From positions 1-64,000 of the forward strand of contig JBGAGQ010000008.1 of assembly GCA_044226625.1 (NCBI GenBank): a stretch of DNA of 64,000 nucleotides, in the 5' to 3' direction. The notes beneath the pieces are model-generated. The model did no database searches. It worked only from the letters and a program-made list of their open reading frames with translations, and was not told where the DNA came from. The position numbers and the translations under genes were made by a program. The DNA comes from Thermoanaerobaculia bacterium (GTDB lineage Bacteria; Acidobacteriota; Thermoanaerobaculia; Multivoradales; UBA5704). Shown piece after piece: positions 56,589 to 64,000 of the stretch (positions are counted from its first letter, which is position 1; every line of letters begins with the position of its first letter).

Positions 56589-59045
56589 GTGGAATCCATC
56601 CTTAGAGATTTGATCTACGCAGTTCGCGGGTTGGCCAAGAATCGCGGGTTCGCCGTCGCCGCAATTTCTTTGTTGGCCCTGGGGATAGGCGCCAACTCTT
56701 CGATCTTTACAGCAGTAAACGCCTTCGTATTGCGCCCTCTTCCCATCCGAGAGCCGGAACGAATGGTCGAGATCTATACCAGCAACATGGAAGGTAATCC
56801 CCAAGCGACGTCTTCGTTTCTCGACTATCAGGAGATCCGAAAACAGACCCATCTGTTCGAAGGGGTTACCGCTTATAGCCTCGCGATCACGACGCTCACG
56901 GTCGGCGGGCAGCCTCAGGTCATGCTCGGCGAGCTGGTGTCCGGAAATTACTTCGACGTCCTCGGGGTCAAAACGACCCTCGGCCGCCCCTTCCTGCCGC
57001 GTGAGGACGCGACCCCCGGAGCCTTTCCCGTGGCGGTGATCGGCCAAGGCCTCTGGCAGCGCCAGTTCGGTTCGGACCCCGGGGTGATCGGTAAGACCGT
57101 GACGATCGGAGGGATCGGCTTCACGATCGTCGGCGTGGCGCCGCCGCAGTTCAAGGGCATGATCCCCGGGCTGTCGACGGATCTATGGCTGCCGACGATG
57201 ATGCTTCCGCAGATCCGGACCGAGCAGCCGGAGGACCTCGATCGTCGAATGAACCGGGGCTTCTTTATCAAAGCCCGACTTCGCGACGGGGTCGACATCG
57301 AACAGGCTCGAGCCGGGCTGAAGGTCCTCGAGCAGCGTCTCGAGAAAGAGTACCCCGAGACCAACAAAGGCTTCCATTTCAGCGCGCTGCCCACATCCCA
57401 GGTCCATTTCCATCCGCGCGTCGACCGCGTTCTCGGGGCCGTGAGCGCTCTCCTCCTGGTCGTCGTCGGCCTCGTTCTCGTGGTGGCATGCACCAACGTC
57501 GCCAACCTGTTGCTGGCTCGCGCGAGCGCGCGGCAGCGCGAGATGGCGGTCCGGTTGGCGATCGGTGCGAGCCGAGGCCAGATCGTTCGTCAACTGCTCG
57601 TCGAGAGCACCTTGCTGGGCTTGCTCGGCGGCGGAGCCGGCCTGCTCCTCGCGCTCTGGCTCACCCGGATGCTCGCGAGCTTCCGGCCGCCTCTGCCGAT
57701 CCCGCTCTCGATCGACCTCTCGATCGATCTCCGGGTGCTCCTCTATACCTTCGGCCTGGCGCTCGCAACCGGGATCCTGTTCGGCCTGGCCCCGGCCCTT
57801 CGCGCTTCAAAGCCCGATCTGCTGGTGGCGCTCAAGAGCGACGACATCGCCATCGGATCCGGTCGACGCCGGTTCGAGCTACGCCGGATTCTGGTCGTCT
57901 CTCAGATCGCCCTTTCCCTAGCGCTCCTCATCGGAGCCGGCCTGTTCCTGCGCAGCCTGGTGCGCGCGCAGTCGTTGAATCCAGGCTTCACCGTCGACCG
58001 CGCGAGCGTCGCCTGGCTCAACGTCGGTGTCCAGGGCTATCGGGAGGAGAAAGGGCGCGCCTTCTATCTCCAACTGCTCGAACGCGCCAAGGGCCTGCCC
58101 GGCGTTCAGGTCGCGGCCTTGACCGACCGTTTGCCGCTCGACCTCGCCGCGCAGTCGACGGGAATCTACCGAGACGATCAGCCGATCACGGCCGAGACCG
58201 AAGCGATCGCGATCGATTTCGCCCGCACCTCACCCGGTTATTTCTCGGCGCTCGGAATTCCTTTCCAGAGCGGCCGCGACTTCACCATGGCGGATGGCGA
58301 GCGGGCACCGCTCGTCGCGATCGTCAGCCAAGCCGCCGCGCAGAAGCTCTGGCCTGGAGAGGACGTGATCGGCAAGCGCTTTCGCCGATCCGATCCCAGC
58401 GCGCCGCCGATCGAGATCGTGGGCGTCGTAAAGGACACCAAGGTGCGCAGCCTGGGAGAGCCGCTCCGTCCTTACCTATACCTGCCGTTCCTTCAGGCGT
58501 ACGAGCCCGCGATGCAGTTGATCGTGAGCGGACCGGGTGACGCGCGCCAACGACTGGGTCCCTTGAGGGACCTCGTCCACGAGCTCGACTCGAGCCTCAA
58601 TCTGTTCGCCGTCAAGACGTTGCGCGAGCACATGAGCGTGGCGCTCTTCCCGGTTCGGATGGCGGCGGGTCTCCTCGGGGCCTTCGGCGTTCTCGCGCTG
58701 ATCATCGCGTGCGTGGGCGTGTGGGGCGTCACCGCCTATGTCGTCGCCCAGCGCCGGTACGAGTTCAGCATGCGCATGGCCCTCGGCGCCGACCGACCGG
58801 ACATCCTGCGCCTCGTCATGCGTCAGGGCGTCAAGACGGTCGGTGTCGGCATCGCCCTCGGACTGCTCTTCGCCTTGGCCTTGGCGCCTCTCCTCGCCGG
58901 CTTCGTGGTGGGCGTCAGCTACTTCGATCCCCTCACCTTCCTAGTCATCCCGGTCTTGCTCGGAGGCATTGCGGTGCTCGCGGTCTACGTCCCCGGTCGC
59001 CGCGCCGCCGCGGTCGACTCGTCGAGAGTTTTGAGCTCGCACTAG
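56589..59045 (+). CDS. ABC transporter permease, duplicated MacB/FtsX type (ADOP-like, 818 aa)
   Basis: DLIYAVRGL...LALGIGANSSIF start, VSGNYFDVLGV, ACTNVANLLLARA...REMAVRLAIGA, and a second repeat (VAQRRYEFSMRMALGA). No adjacent ATPase gene. Confidence 0.92.
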   Translation: MESILRDLIYAVRGLAKNRGFAVAAISLLALGIGANSSIFTAVNAFVLRPLPIREPERMVEIYTSNMEGNPQATSSFLDYQEIRKQTHLFEGVTAYSLAITTLTVGGQPQVMLGELVSGNYFDVLGVKTTLGRPFLPREDATPGAFPVAVIGQGLWQRQFGSDPGVIGKTVTIGGIGFTIVGVAPPQFKGMIPGLSTDLWLPTMMLPQIRTEQPEDLDRRMNRGFFIKARLRDGVDIEQARAGLKVLEQRLEKEYPETNKGFHFSALPTSQVHFHPRVDRVLGAVSALLLVVVGLVLVVACTNVANLLLARASARQREMAVRLAIGASRGQIVRQLLVESTLLGLLGGGAGLLLALWLTRMLASFRPPLPIPLSIDLSIDLRVLLYTFGLALATGILFGLAPALRASKPDLLVALKSDDIAIGSGRRRFELRRILVVSQIALSLALLIGAGLFLRSLVRAQSLNPGFTVDRASVAWLNVGVQGYREEKGRAFYLQLLERAKGLPGVQVAALTDRLPLDLAAQSTGIYRDDQPITAETEAIAIDFARTSPGYFSALGIPFQSGRDFTMADGERAPLVAIVSQAAAQKLWPGEDVIGKRFRRSDPSAPPIEIVGVVKDTKVRSLGEPLRPYLYLPFLQAYEPAMQLIVSGPGDARQRLGPLRDLVHELDSSLNLFAVKTLREHMSVALFPVRMAAGLLGAFGVLALIIACVGVWGVTAYVVAQRRYEFSMRMALGADRPDILRLVMRQGVKTVGVGIALGLLFALALAPLLAGFVVGVSYFDPLTFLVIPVLLGGIAVLAVYVPGRRAAAVDSSRVLSSH

Positions 59046-59122
59046 ACTCCGGGACAAACATCCCTCGATCGAGGGTACTCGCGGTGGCAATTCGGCAGAA
59101 CGACCGGCCACCTCGAGCACCC

Positions 59123-60136
59123 TCAGGCGCGGTCCGATCGCGACGCTCGGACGGCTTGGGCCTCCGCCGGCTTGCTCCCTCGGGCTCGTTGCACCACGCC
59201 GTGAGCGAGCTCTCCCAAATGGGCGCGGAGCTCCGGCGGTCCGAGCACCTCGATCTCCGGTCCGAGGCCGAGCAACATCAAGGCGGCTTGCTCCAAGGTT
59301 TCGAACGGGAGCTCCAGTCGCGCCCAGCCGTGGGCATCGGGTGCAGTGGCCCTCTCGACGGCGCGCGCCGCATAGTCCCCCAAGGCGGCGAGGCGCGCCT
59401 GGCCCAACACCGACGCGGCGAGGACCGCGCGTCCGGGCCGCAGCCGAACCTCGAAGCGCTCCAGCTCGCTGGCCCAGAAGGCGGGAAGATCGAAGCCCTT
59501 CGGGCGCGCGAAACCCTCCGGCTCGATCGCGAGCTCCAGGATGCTCGCCACCTTGAAGATGCGCGGCTTCCCGGCGCTCGCGGCCACCAGGTACCAGCTC
59601 CCCGCCTTCAGGACCAATCCCAGCGGCTCGATCCGCCACTGCCGGACCTGCGTCCAGCTCCGATAGCGCATCGAGACCACGCGTTGGTCGAGAACGGCAC
59701 GCGCGAGCTCCGGCAGACCCTCGGCCGGATCGGCCGCACGGTACCAGCCGACAGGGTCGAGGTGAAACCGCTCGCTCATCCGACCCGCTCCGTCGCGCTG
59801 CGATGGGGGCAGAGCCGCCATCAGCTTGCGGCGCGCGCTCGTCGCCGCCGGTCCCAGGCCGAGCGCCGCGGCGGTGTCGGGCAAGCCGGTGATGAATACC
59901 GCCTCGGCCTCGAGCGGGACCAGGCCCGTCAACTGTGTCCGATAGCCATCGAGAAGCTGAAAGCCGCCGCCAGGGCCGCGATCCGCCTGGACCGGGATCC
60001 CCGCCGCGCTCAGCTCATCGACGTCCCGGTAGACCGTGCGTTCGGAGACCTCGAGCTCCCTCGCCAGCTCGGCCGCGGTCAGCCGGGTGCGAGTCTGGAG
60101 AATGAGCAGCAGGGAGAGCTGGCGACCGGCGCGCAT
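59123..60136 (-). CDS. HTH-WYL (YafY-like) transcriptional regulator (337 aa)
   Basis: MRAGRQLSLLLILQ...TAAELARELEVSERTVYRDV (HTH_11), RGPGGGF, EPLGLVLKAGSWYLVA (WYL), C-terminal LGPEIEVLGPPELR. Start reassigned to ATG 60136. Confidence 0.93.
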   Translation of the reverse strand: MRAGRQLSLLLILQTRTRLTAAELARELEVSERTVYRDVDELSAAGIPVQADRGPGGGFQLLDGYRTQLTGLVPLEAEAVFITGLPDTAAALGLGPAATSARRKLMAALPPSQRDGAGRMSERFHLDPVGWYRAADPAEGLPELARAVLDQRVVSMRYRSWTQVRQWRIEPLGLVLKAGSWYLVAASAGKPRIFKVASILELAIEPEGFARPKGFDLPAFWASELERFEVRLRPGRAVLAASVLGQARLAALGDYAARAVERATAPDAHGWARLELPFETLEQAALMLLGLGPEIEVLGPPELRAHLGELAHGVVQRARGSKPAEAQAVRASRSDRA

Positions 60137-60154
60137 GCGGGAGGATGCCCGAAG

Positions 60155-60179
60155 ATTCCTGACACGATCTGACAGGAAT
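60155..60179. promoter_or_regulatory. Palindromic operator ATTCCTGACA-N5-TGACAGGAAT, probable site for the WYL regulator
   Basis: 10-bp arms with 9/10 inverted complementarity, in the 95-bp gap between the divergent WYL and DUF1579-like genes. Confidence 0.7.
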
Positions 60180-60231
60180 GGTGGCATACAACTCTCCGAG
60201 GACGAAATGCGGTTCCAATCCTGGAGAGACC

Positions 60232-60813
60232 ATGAGCCACGATGACCTGACCTTCGAACGACGCACCCTGCTCGCCGCCACCGCCGCCCTGATGATGCCT
60301 CGGCTCGCCCATGCGAAGAAGCCCGCGACCCCGCCCCGACGAGCCCCGCGAGGGCGCGCCGGCGAGTTCGATTTTCTCGCGGGCTCCTGGCAGATTCAGC
60401 ACCGCCAACGAAGGAACGACGGCAAAACCTGGGACGAGTTTCCGGGCGAAGCCACCTGCTGGACCGTGCTGGGAGGCGTGGGGAGCATCGAGGAGCTGCG
60501 GATTCCGGCCCGCAACTTCTCCGGCCTTGGGATTCGCCTGCTGGACGTCGAAAACGAGCTCTGGAACGACTTTTGGGTGAACGCCCGGTACGGCGTCCTG
60601 GGCGCGGCCGGACTGACCGGAGGGTTCGAGAACGGTGTGGGCACGTTCACCGCCGAGGATACGGAAGGCGGCAAGGCGATCATCGCGCGCGGGGTGTGGG
60701 ATCAGATCACGCCCACCAGTTGCCGCTGGCACCAGGCCGTCTCCCGCGACGGCGGCAAGACCTGGGATCCGAGCTGGTTCATGAGCTGGACTCGTAGCGG
60801 CGCGCCGCGCTGA
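60232..60813 (+). CDS. DUF1579-like beta-barrel protein with a putative twin-arginine signal peptide (193 aa)
   Basis: ATG 60232 after GGAGAG; N-terminus FERRTLLAATAALMMPRLAHA; family-like motifs FDFLAGSW, WDEFPGEA and RWHQAVSRDGGKTW...W.M.WTR. Confidence 0.72.
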   Translation: MSHDDLTFERRTLLAATAALMMPRLAHAKKPATPPRRAPRGRAGEFDFLAGSWQIQHRQRRNDGKTWDEFPGEATCWTVLGGVGSIEELRIPARNFSGLGIRLLDVENELWNDFWVNARYGVLGAAGLTGGFENGVGTFTAEDTEGGKAIIARGVWDQITPTSCRWHQAVSRDGGKTWDPSWFMSWTRSGAPR

Positions 60814-60904
60814 GGCTCAGCTCCGCCCCGGCGGATGCGCGGTCGGGCCCCGCCGGTTCGCTGGAAGCGAACCCCACTCAAGGCCCGAGTTTTCGATTCC
60901 AAAG

Positions 60905-60977
60905 TGGGCGGTCAGGGGCTCGAACCCTGGACCCACGGATTAAAAGTCCGTTGCTCTACCAGCTGAGCTAACCGCCC
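60905..60977 (-). tRNA. tRNA-Lys (anticodon UUU), CCA not encoded
   Basis: Reverse complement GGGCGGTTAGCTCAGCTGGTAGAGCAACGGACTTTTAATCCGTGGGTCCAGGGTTCGAGCCCCTGACCGCCCA folds as a cloverleaf; anticodon arm ACGGA-CTTTTAA-TCCGT; T-loop TTCGAGC. Confidence 0.97.
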
Positions 60978-61034
60978 GAAAGGGAGGAACTACGAAGCGC
61001 GGAGTATAGAGGATGGCGCCCGGCGCGTCAGTCC

Positions 61035-62366
61035 CTACCGTTCCGCCAGGACCTGCGTCAGACGCTGGCTGGTCAGGCGGTGGAGCGCCGGGTGGTTGCG
61101 GACGATGGTCTCCTCGCGGCGCGGACCGGTCGAGGTGAGCACCACCGGGGCCTCGACCTCCTGCTCGATCAGGTCGACGTAGTCGCGGGCCGCCTGCGGC
61201 AGATCCTCGTGCTCCAGGGTGCCGATGGTCGAGGCCTTCCAGCCGGGGAGGGTCCGATAGACCGGCTCCGCCGCGGCGAGCAGGTGGCGCTCGGCGGGTA
61301 GGGTCCGGACGATCTCGCCACGGACGCGATAGCCGGTGCACACCGGGATCTCGGCCAGAGTGTCGAGGACGTCGAGCTTGGTCAGGGCGATCCCCTCGAT
61401 GCCGTTGAGCATCTTCGCGTAGCGGGCGACCGGAAGGTCGAGCCAGCCGCAGCGGCGCGGTCGGCCCGTGGTGGTGCCGAATTCGTTGCCGCGCTGGCGC
61501 AGGTACTCCCCCGCCTCGTCGTTGAGCTCGGTCGGGAACGGCCCTTCGCCCACCCGGGTCGTGTAGGCCTTGAGGATCCCCATCACGCCGTGGATGCGGG
61601 TCGGCGGCACGCCCGTGCCGGTCGAGGCGCCGCCGGCCGTCGAGTTGGAGCTGGTGACGAACGGGTAGGTGCCGTGGTCGACGTCGAGCAGGGTCCCCTG
61701 CGCTCCTTCGAACAGCAGGCACTTGCCGGCGTCGATCCACTCGTTGAGCAGAACGCTCGTGTCGGTGATGCAGGGGCGCAGCCGCTCGGCCCAGGCGCGG
61801 CACTGGTCGGCGAGGAAGGCGGGCGACGGCAGTGGGTCGCCCCCCAGCTCGGTGATCTCGGTCTGGATGTGCGCGAGCTCGGCGCGGAGCCGGTCCTCGA
61901 GGTCGGGGGCCGCGAGGTCGGCCACCCGGAGACCGATGCGCGCCACCTTCCCCTCATAGGCCGGACCGATGCCGCGCGAGGTCGTGCCGATCTTCTCCCG
62001 GCCCCGCGCGCTCTCGCGCGCCCGGTCGAGCGCGGCGTGCGGCGGCAGGAGGAGCTGGGCGCGGTTCGAGACGAACAGCCGGCCGTCGAAGCGGACCCCC
62101 GCCTCGTAGAGCTTCGCGAGCTCGGCGAGAAACGCGTCGGGCGCGAGCACCATGCCGTTGCCGAGGGCGCAGAGCATCCCCGGATGGAGGACGCCCGACG
62201 GCACCAGATGGAGCGAGAAGTGCTGGTCGCGAAACTTGACCGTGTGGCCGGCGTTGTGCCCCCCCTGGTAGCGGACGACGGCATCGAACGCCGGGCAGAG
62301 CAGATCGACGATCTTCCCCTTCCCTTCGTCCCCCCACTGCATGCCCACGATCACCATGTTCGCCAT
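61035..62366 (-). CDS. purA: Adenylosuccinate synthetase
   Basis: QWGDEGKGKIVD, GGHNAGHT, IGTTSRGIGPAY, EGAQG...DHGTYPFVTSS, EFGTTTGRPRRCGWLD, TKLDVL. Confidence 0.98.
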   Translation of the reverse strand: MANMVIVGMQWGDEGKGKIVDLLCPAFDAVVRYQGGHNAGHTVKFRDQHFSLHLVPSGVLHPGMLCALGNGMVLAPDAFLAELAKLYEAGVRFDGRLFVSNRAQLLLPPHAALDRARESARGREKIGTTSRGIGPAYEGKVARIGLRVADLAAPDLEDRLRAELAHIQTEITELGGDPLPSPAFLADQCRAWAERLRPCITDTSVLLNEWIDAGKCLLFEGAQGTLLDVDHGTYPFVTSSNSTAGGASTGTGVPPTRIHGVMGILKAYTTRVGEGPFPTELNDEAGEYLRQRGNEFGTTTGRPRRCGWLDLPVARYAKMLNGIEGIALTKLDVLDTLAEIPVCTGYRVRGEIVRTLPAERHLLAAAEPVYRTLPGWKASTIGTLEHEDLPQAARDYVDLIEQEVEAPVVLTSTGPRREETIVRNHPALHRLTSQRLTQVLAER

Positions 62367-62592
62367 CGCGCACCACCCTCGGAGTCGTTCGGAAAAAGAA
62401 ATCCTTCGGCGGGCCCCCTTCGCCGCCGACGGAAGCGAGTGAGGCTAGCAGATGCCGCGCGGCTCCCGCCAGCCGAGCCGCCGCTCGAGGGTTCGCCCGG
62501 CCCCGGGTCGGAGGTCTGACCGGAGAGCTACCCAAGCGGGTGGTTTCCGGCGGCGGCCGTGGCCGGGAATGCTACGATCCTCCCCGAGACGC

Positions 62593-63420
62593 ATGGAAAC
62601 GTTCCTGTCCGTCGGAGTGATCCTCCTCCCGATCGCCTATCTGGTGGTGGCCGCCGCCTACGGCGTCCTGTTTTTCTCCAGTACCTCCGTCCAGGCGCGC
62701 CGGTGGGCGACGCCCGCCCTGCTCGGGACGCTCGCCTTCCATCTGGTCTATCTGGTGGTCTTGGCCTATCGCTGGCACCAGTTCCCGGCGGCGACCGTCT
62801 CCCAGGCGCTTTCGATCATCGCGTTCGCGATCGCCGGGGTCTACGCGTTGGTCGAACGGTTCGGCCGCGAGCGGTCGACCGGCTTCTGGCTGGTCGGGCT
62901 GGTCTTCTTCTTCCAGCTCTTCTCCTCGCTGCTCCACCGGCCGGTGCCGCCCGACCTCGCCCGTTTCAAGGACGGCCTGATCGCCATCCACATCTCGCTC
63001 GCCCTGCTCGGCTATACCGCCTTCGCCATCGCCGCGGGCTACGCCTTCCTCTTCCTCCAGCTCTATCGGGACTTGAAGGGAGGCCGCTTCTCGACGTTCT
63101 TCGGCAAGCTGCCACCGCTCGAGGCGCTCGAACGGATGATGCTCGGCTCGCTCGGGACCGGCTTCATCGCCCTCACCGGAGCGGTCCTCTCCGGCGTCCT
63201 CTTCGCCCAGAGGGAGTTCCCCACCGTCTGGCATCACGATCCGAAAATTCTCGCGACCGGCGCGATCTGGATCCTCTACGCCGCCGCGCTGGCGCTCCAC
63301 CGGCTGCGCCGGTGGCAGGGCCAGCAGACCGCGATCGTCGCGCTCACCGGGCTCGGCGCGATCCTGTTTTCGCTCTTCGCGGTGAATTTCTTCTTCACCG
63401 ACTTCCACGGGTTCCTCTGA
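62593..63420 (+). CDS. Cytochrome c assembly (CcsA/HemX-like) membrane protein (~275 aa)
   Basis: Multiple hydrophobic helices, IHISLALLGY, LPPLEALERM, WHHDPK motif; directly upstream of hemA. Start reassigned to ATG 62593 (62569 is an alternative). Confidence 0.85.
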   Translation: METFLSVGVILLPIAYLVVAAAYGVLFFSSTSVQARRWATPALLGTLAFHLVYLVVLAYRWHQFPAATVSQALSIIAFAIAGVYALVERFGRERSTGFWLVGLVFFFQLFSSLLHRPVPPDLARFKDGLIAIHISLALLGYTAFAIAAGYAFLFLQLYRDLKGGRFSTFFGKLPPLEALERMMLGSLGTGFIALTGAVLSGVLFAQREFPTVWHHDPKILATGAIWILYAAALALHRLRRWQGQQTAIVALTGLGAILFSLFAVNFFFTDFHGFL

Positions 63421-63423
63421 GGC

Positions 63424-64000
63424 ATGGCGCGACCCGAAGGCCCGCCGCTCCTCCTGGTCGGAACCGATTTCCGCATCGCGCCGCTCGAGCTCCGCGAGCG
63501 GGTCTCGCTCTCGGCGGGAGAGACCGAGGCGCTCCTGGTGGCGCTCCTCGCCCGGCCGGCGATCGGCGAGGCATTCGCGCTCTCGACCTGCAACCGGACC
63601 GAGGTCTACCTCTCGCCGCGACATGAGAACGACGAGGAAGTTGCCTACCGGGAGCTGCTCGACCTCCTGTTCCTCGCCCGCGCGCCGGAGCTCGGCCAGC
63701 CGGGTCGGCTCTACGTCCAGCGCAACCGCGAGGCCGCCCATCACCTGCTGGCCGTCGCCTCCGGGCTCGAGTCGATGGTGCTCGGCGAACCGGAAATCCT
63801 CGGCCAGGTGAAGCAGGCGGCGGGCATCTCCGAACAGGTCGGGTCCGGCGGCCCGGTCATCCAACACCTCCTGCGCGCGGCGATCGAGGCCGGCGGGCGG
63901 GCGCGGCGCGAAACCGGCATCGCGACCGGCGCGGTCTCGCTCGGCTACGCGACGGTCGAGCTGGCGAAGAACATCTTCCGCGACCTCGAGCAGTGTCGCG
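63424..64000 (+). CDS. hemA: Glutamyl-tRNA reductase, 3'-truncated by the window edge
   Basis: Not in the ORF track. ATG 63424 gives MARPEGPPLLLVGTDFRIAPLELRER...LSTCNRTEVY...HLLAVASGLESMVLGEPEILGQVK...ARRETGIATGAVS. Confidence 0.95.
   Translation, partial: MARPEGPPLLLVGTDFRIAPLELRERVSLSAGETEALLVALLARPAIGEAFALSTCNRTEVYLSPRHENDEEVAYRELLDLLFLARAPELGQPGRLYVQRNREAAHHLLAVASGLESMVLGEPEILGQVKQAAGISEQVGSGGPVIQHLLRAAIEAGGRARRETGIATGAVSLGYATVELAKNIFRDLEQCR

Noticed and set aside
59046-59122. Palindrome ccctcgatcgaggg between the convergent permease and WYL genes as a terminator
   Set aside because: Short stem with no U-tract; TCGA-type palindromes are abundant throughout the window.
59123-60136. WYL protein as a marker of a CRISPR or anti-phage system
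   Set aside because: No cas genes, repeat-spacer array or defence genes are visible; it is a stand-alone YafY-type regulator.
61035-62366. purA as a self-resistance target copy
   Set aside because: It looks like an ordinary housekeeping gene beyond the tRNA boundary; nothing here indicates duplication.

Overview
High-GC bacterial DNA, probably Acidobacteriota (inferred from an ADOP-type duplicated permease). Bases 1-56,400 are one minus-strand, almost fully translationally coupled operon encoding a hybrid lipopeptide NRPS/PKS assembly line that continues past the left edge. Gene order: FAAL-ACAD-ACP starter; KS-AT-KR-ACP PKS; 5561-aa NRPS-PKS hybrid (C-A-T-C-A-T-E-C-A-T-KS-AT-KR0-ACP-C); interface(I)-A-T-C; a TauD/SyrP-type dioxygenase; I-A-T; a four-module NRPS; and a further NRPS of more than 3200 aa that the ORF track misses (A-T-C-A-T-C-vestigial A-C-A-T...). 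The window holds 12 A domains and 2 PKS modules but no TE, MbtH or PPTase. A-domain pocket residues read by hand suggest acyl-(C2, beta-OH)-Val-D-Glu-Val/Ile-(C2, beta-keto)-Gln(OH?)-Xaa(OH?)-Ser/Dha-Ala-Dab-Lys-like, plus a separately initiated Ala-Ala unit and a second Lys-like residue. The most striking feature is the last gene: it restarts with a bare A domain and has two tandem C domains, separated by a collapsed A domain and an internal docking-like helix, in front of a diamino-acid module, which suggests convergent or branched assembly. Right of the cluster are a divergent ADOP permease, a WYL regulator facing a Tat-signal DUF1579-like gene across a palindromic operator, tRNA-Lys(UUU), purA, a CcsA/HemX-like gene and the 5' part of hemA. 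All substrate and domain-subtype calls come from manual motif reading, not database searches; domain boundaries are approximate.
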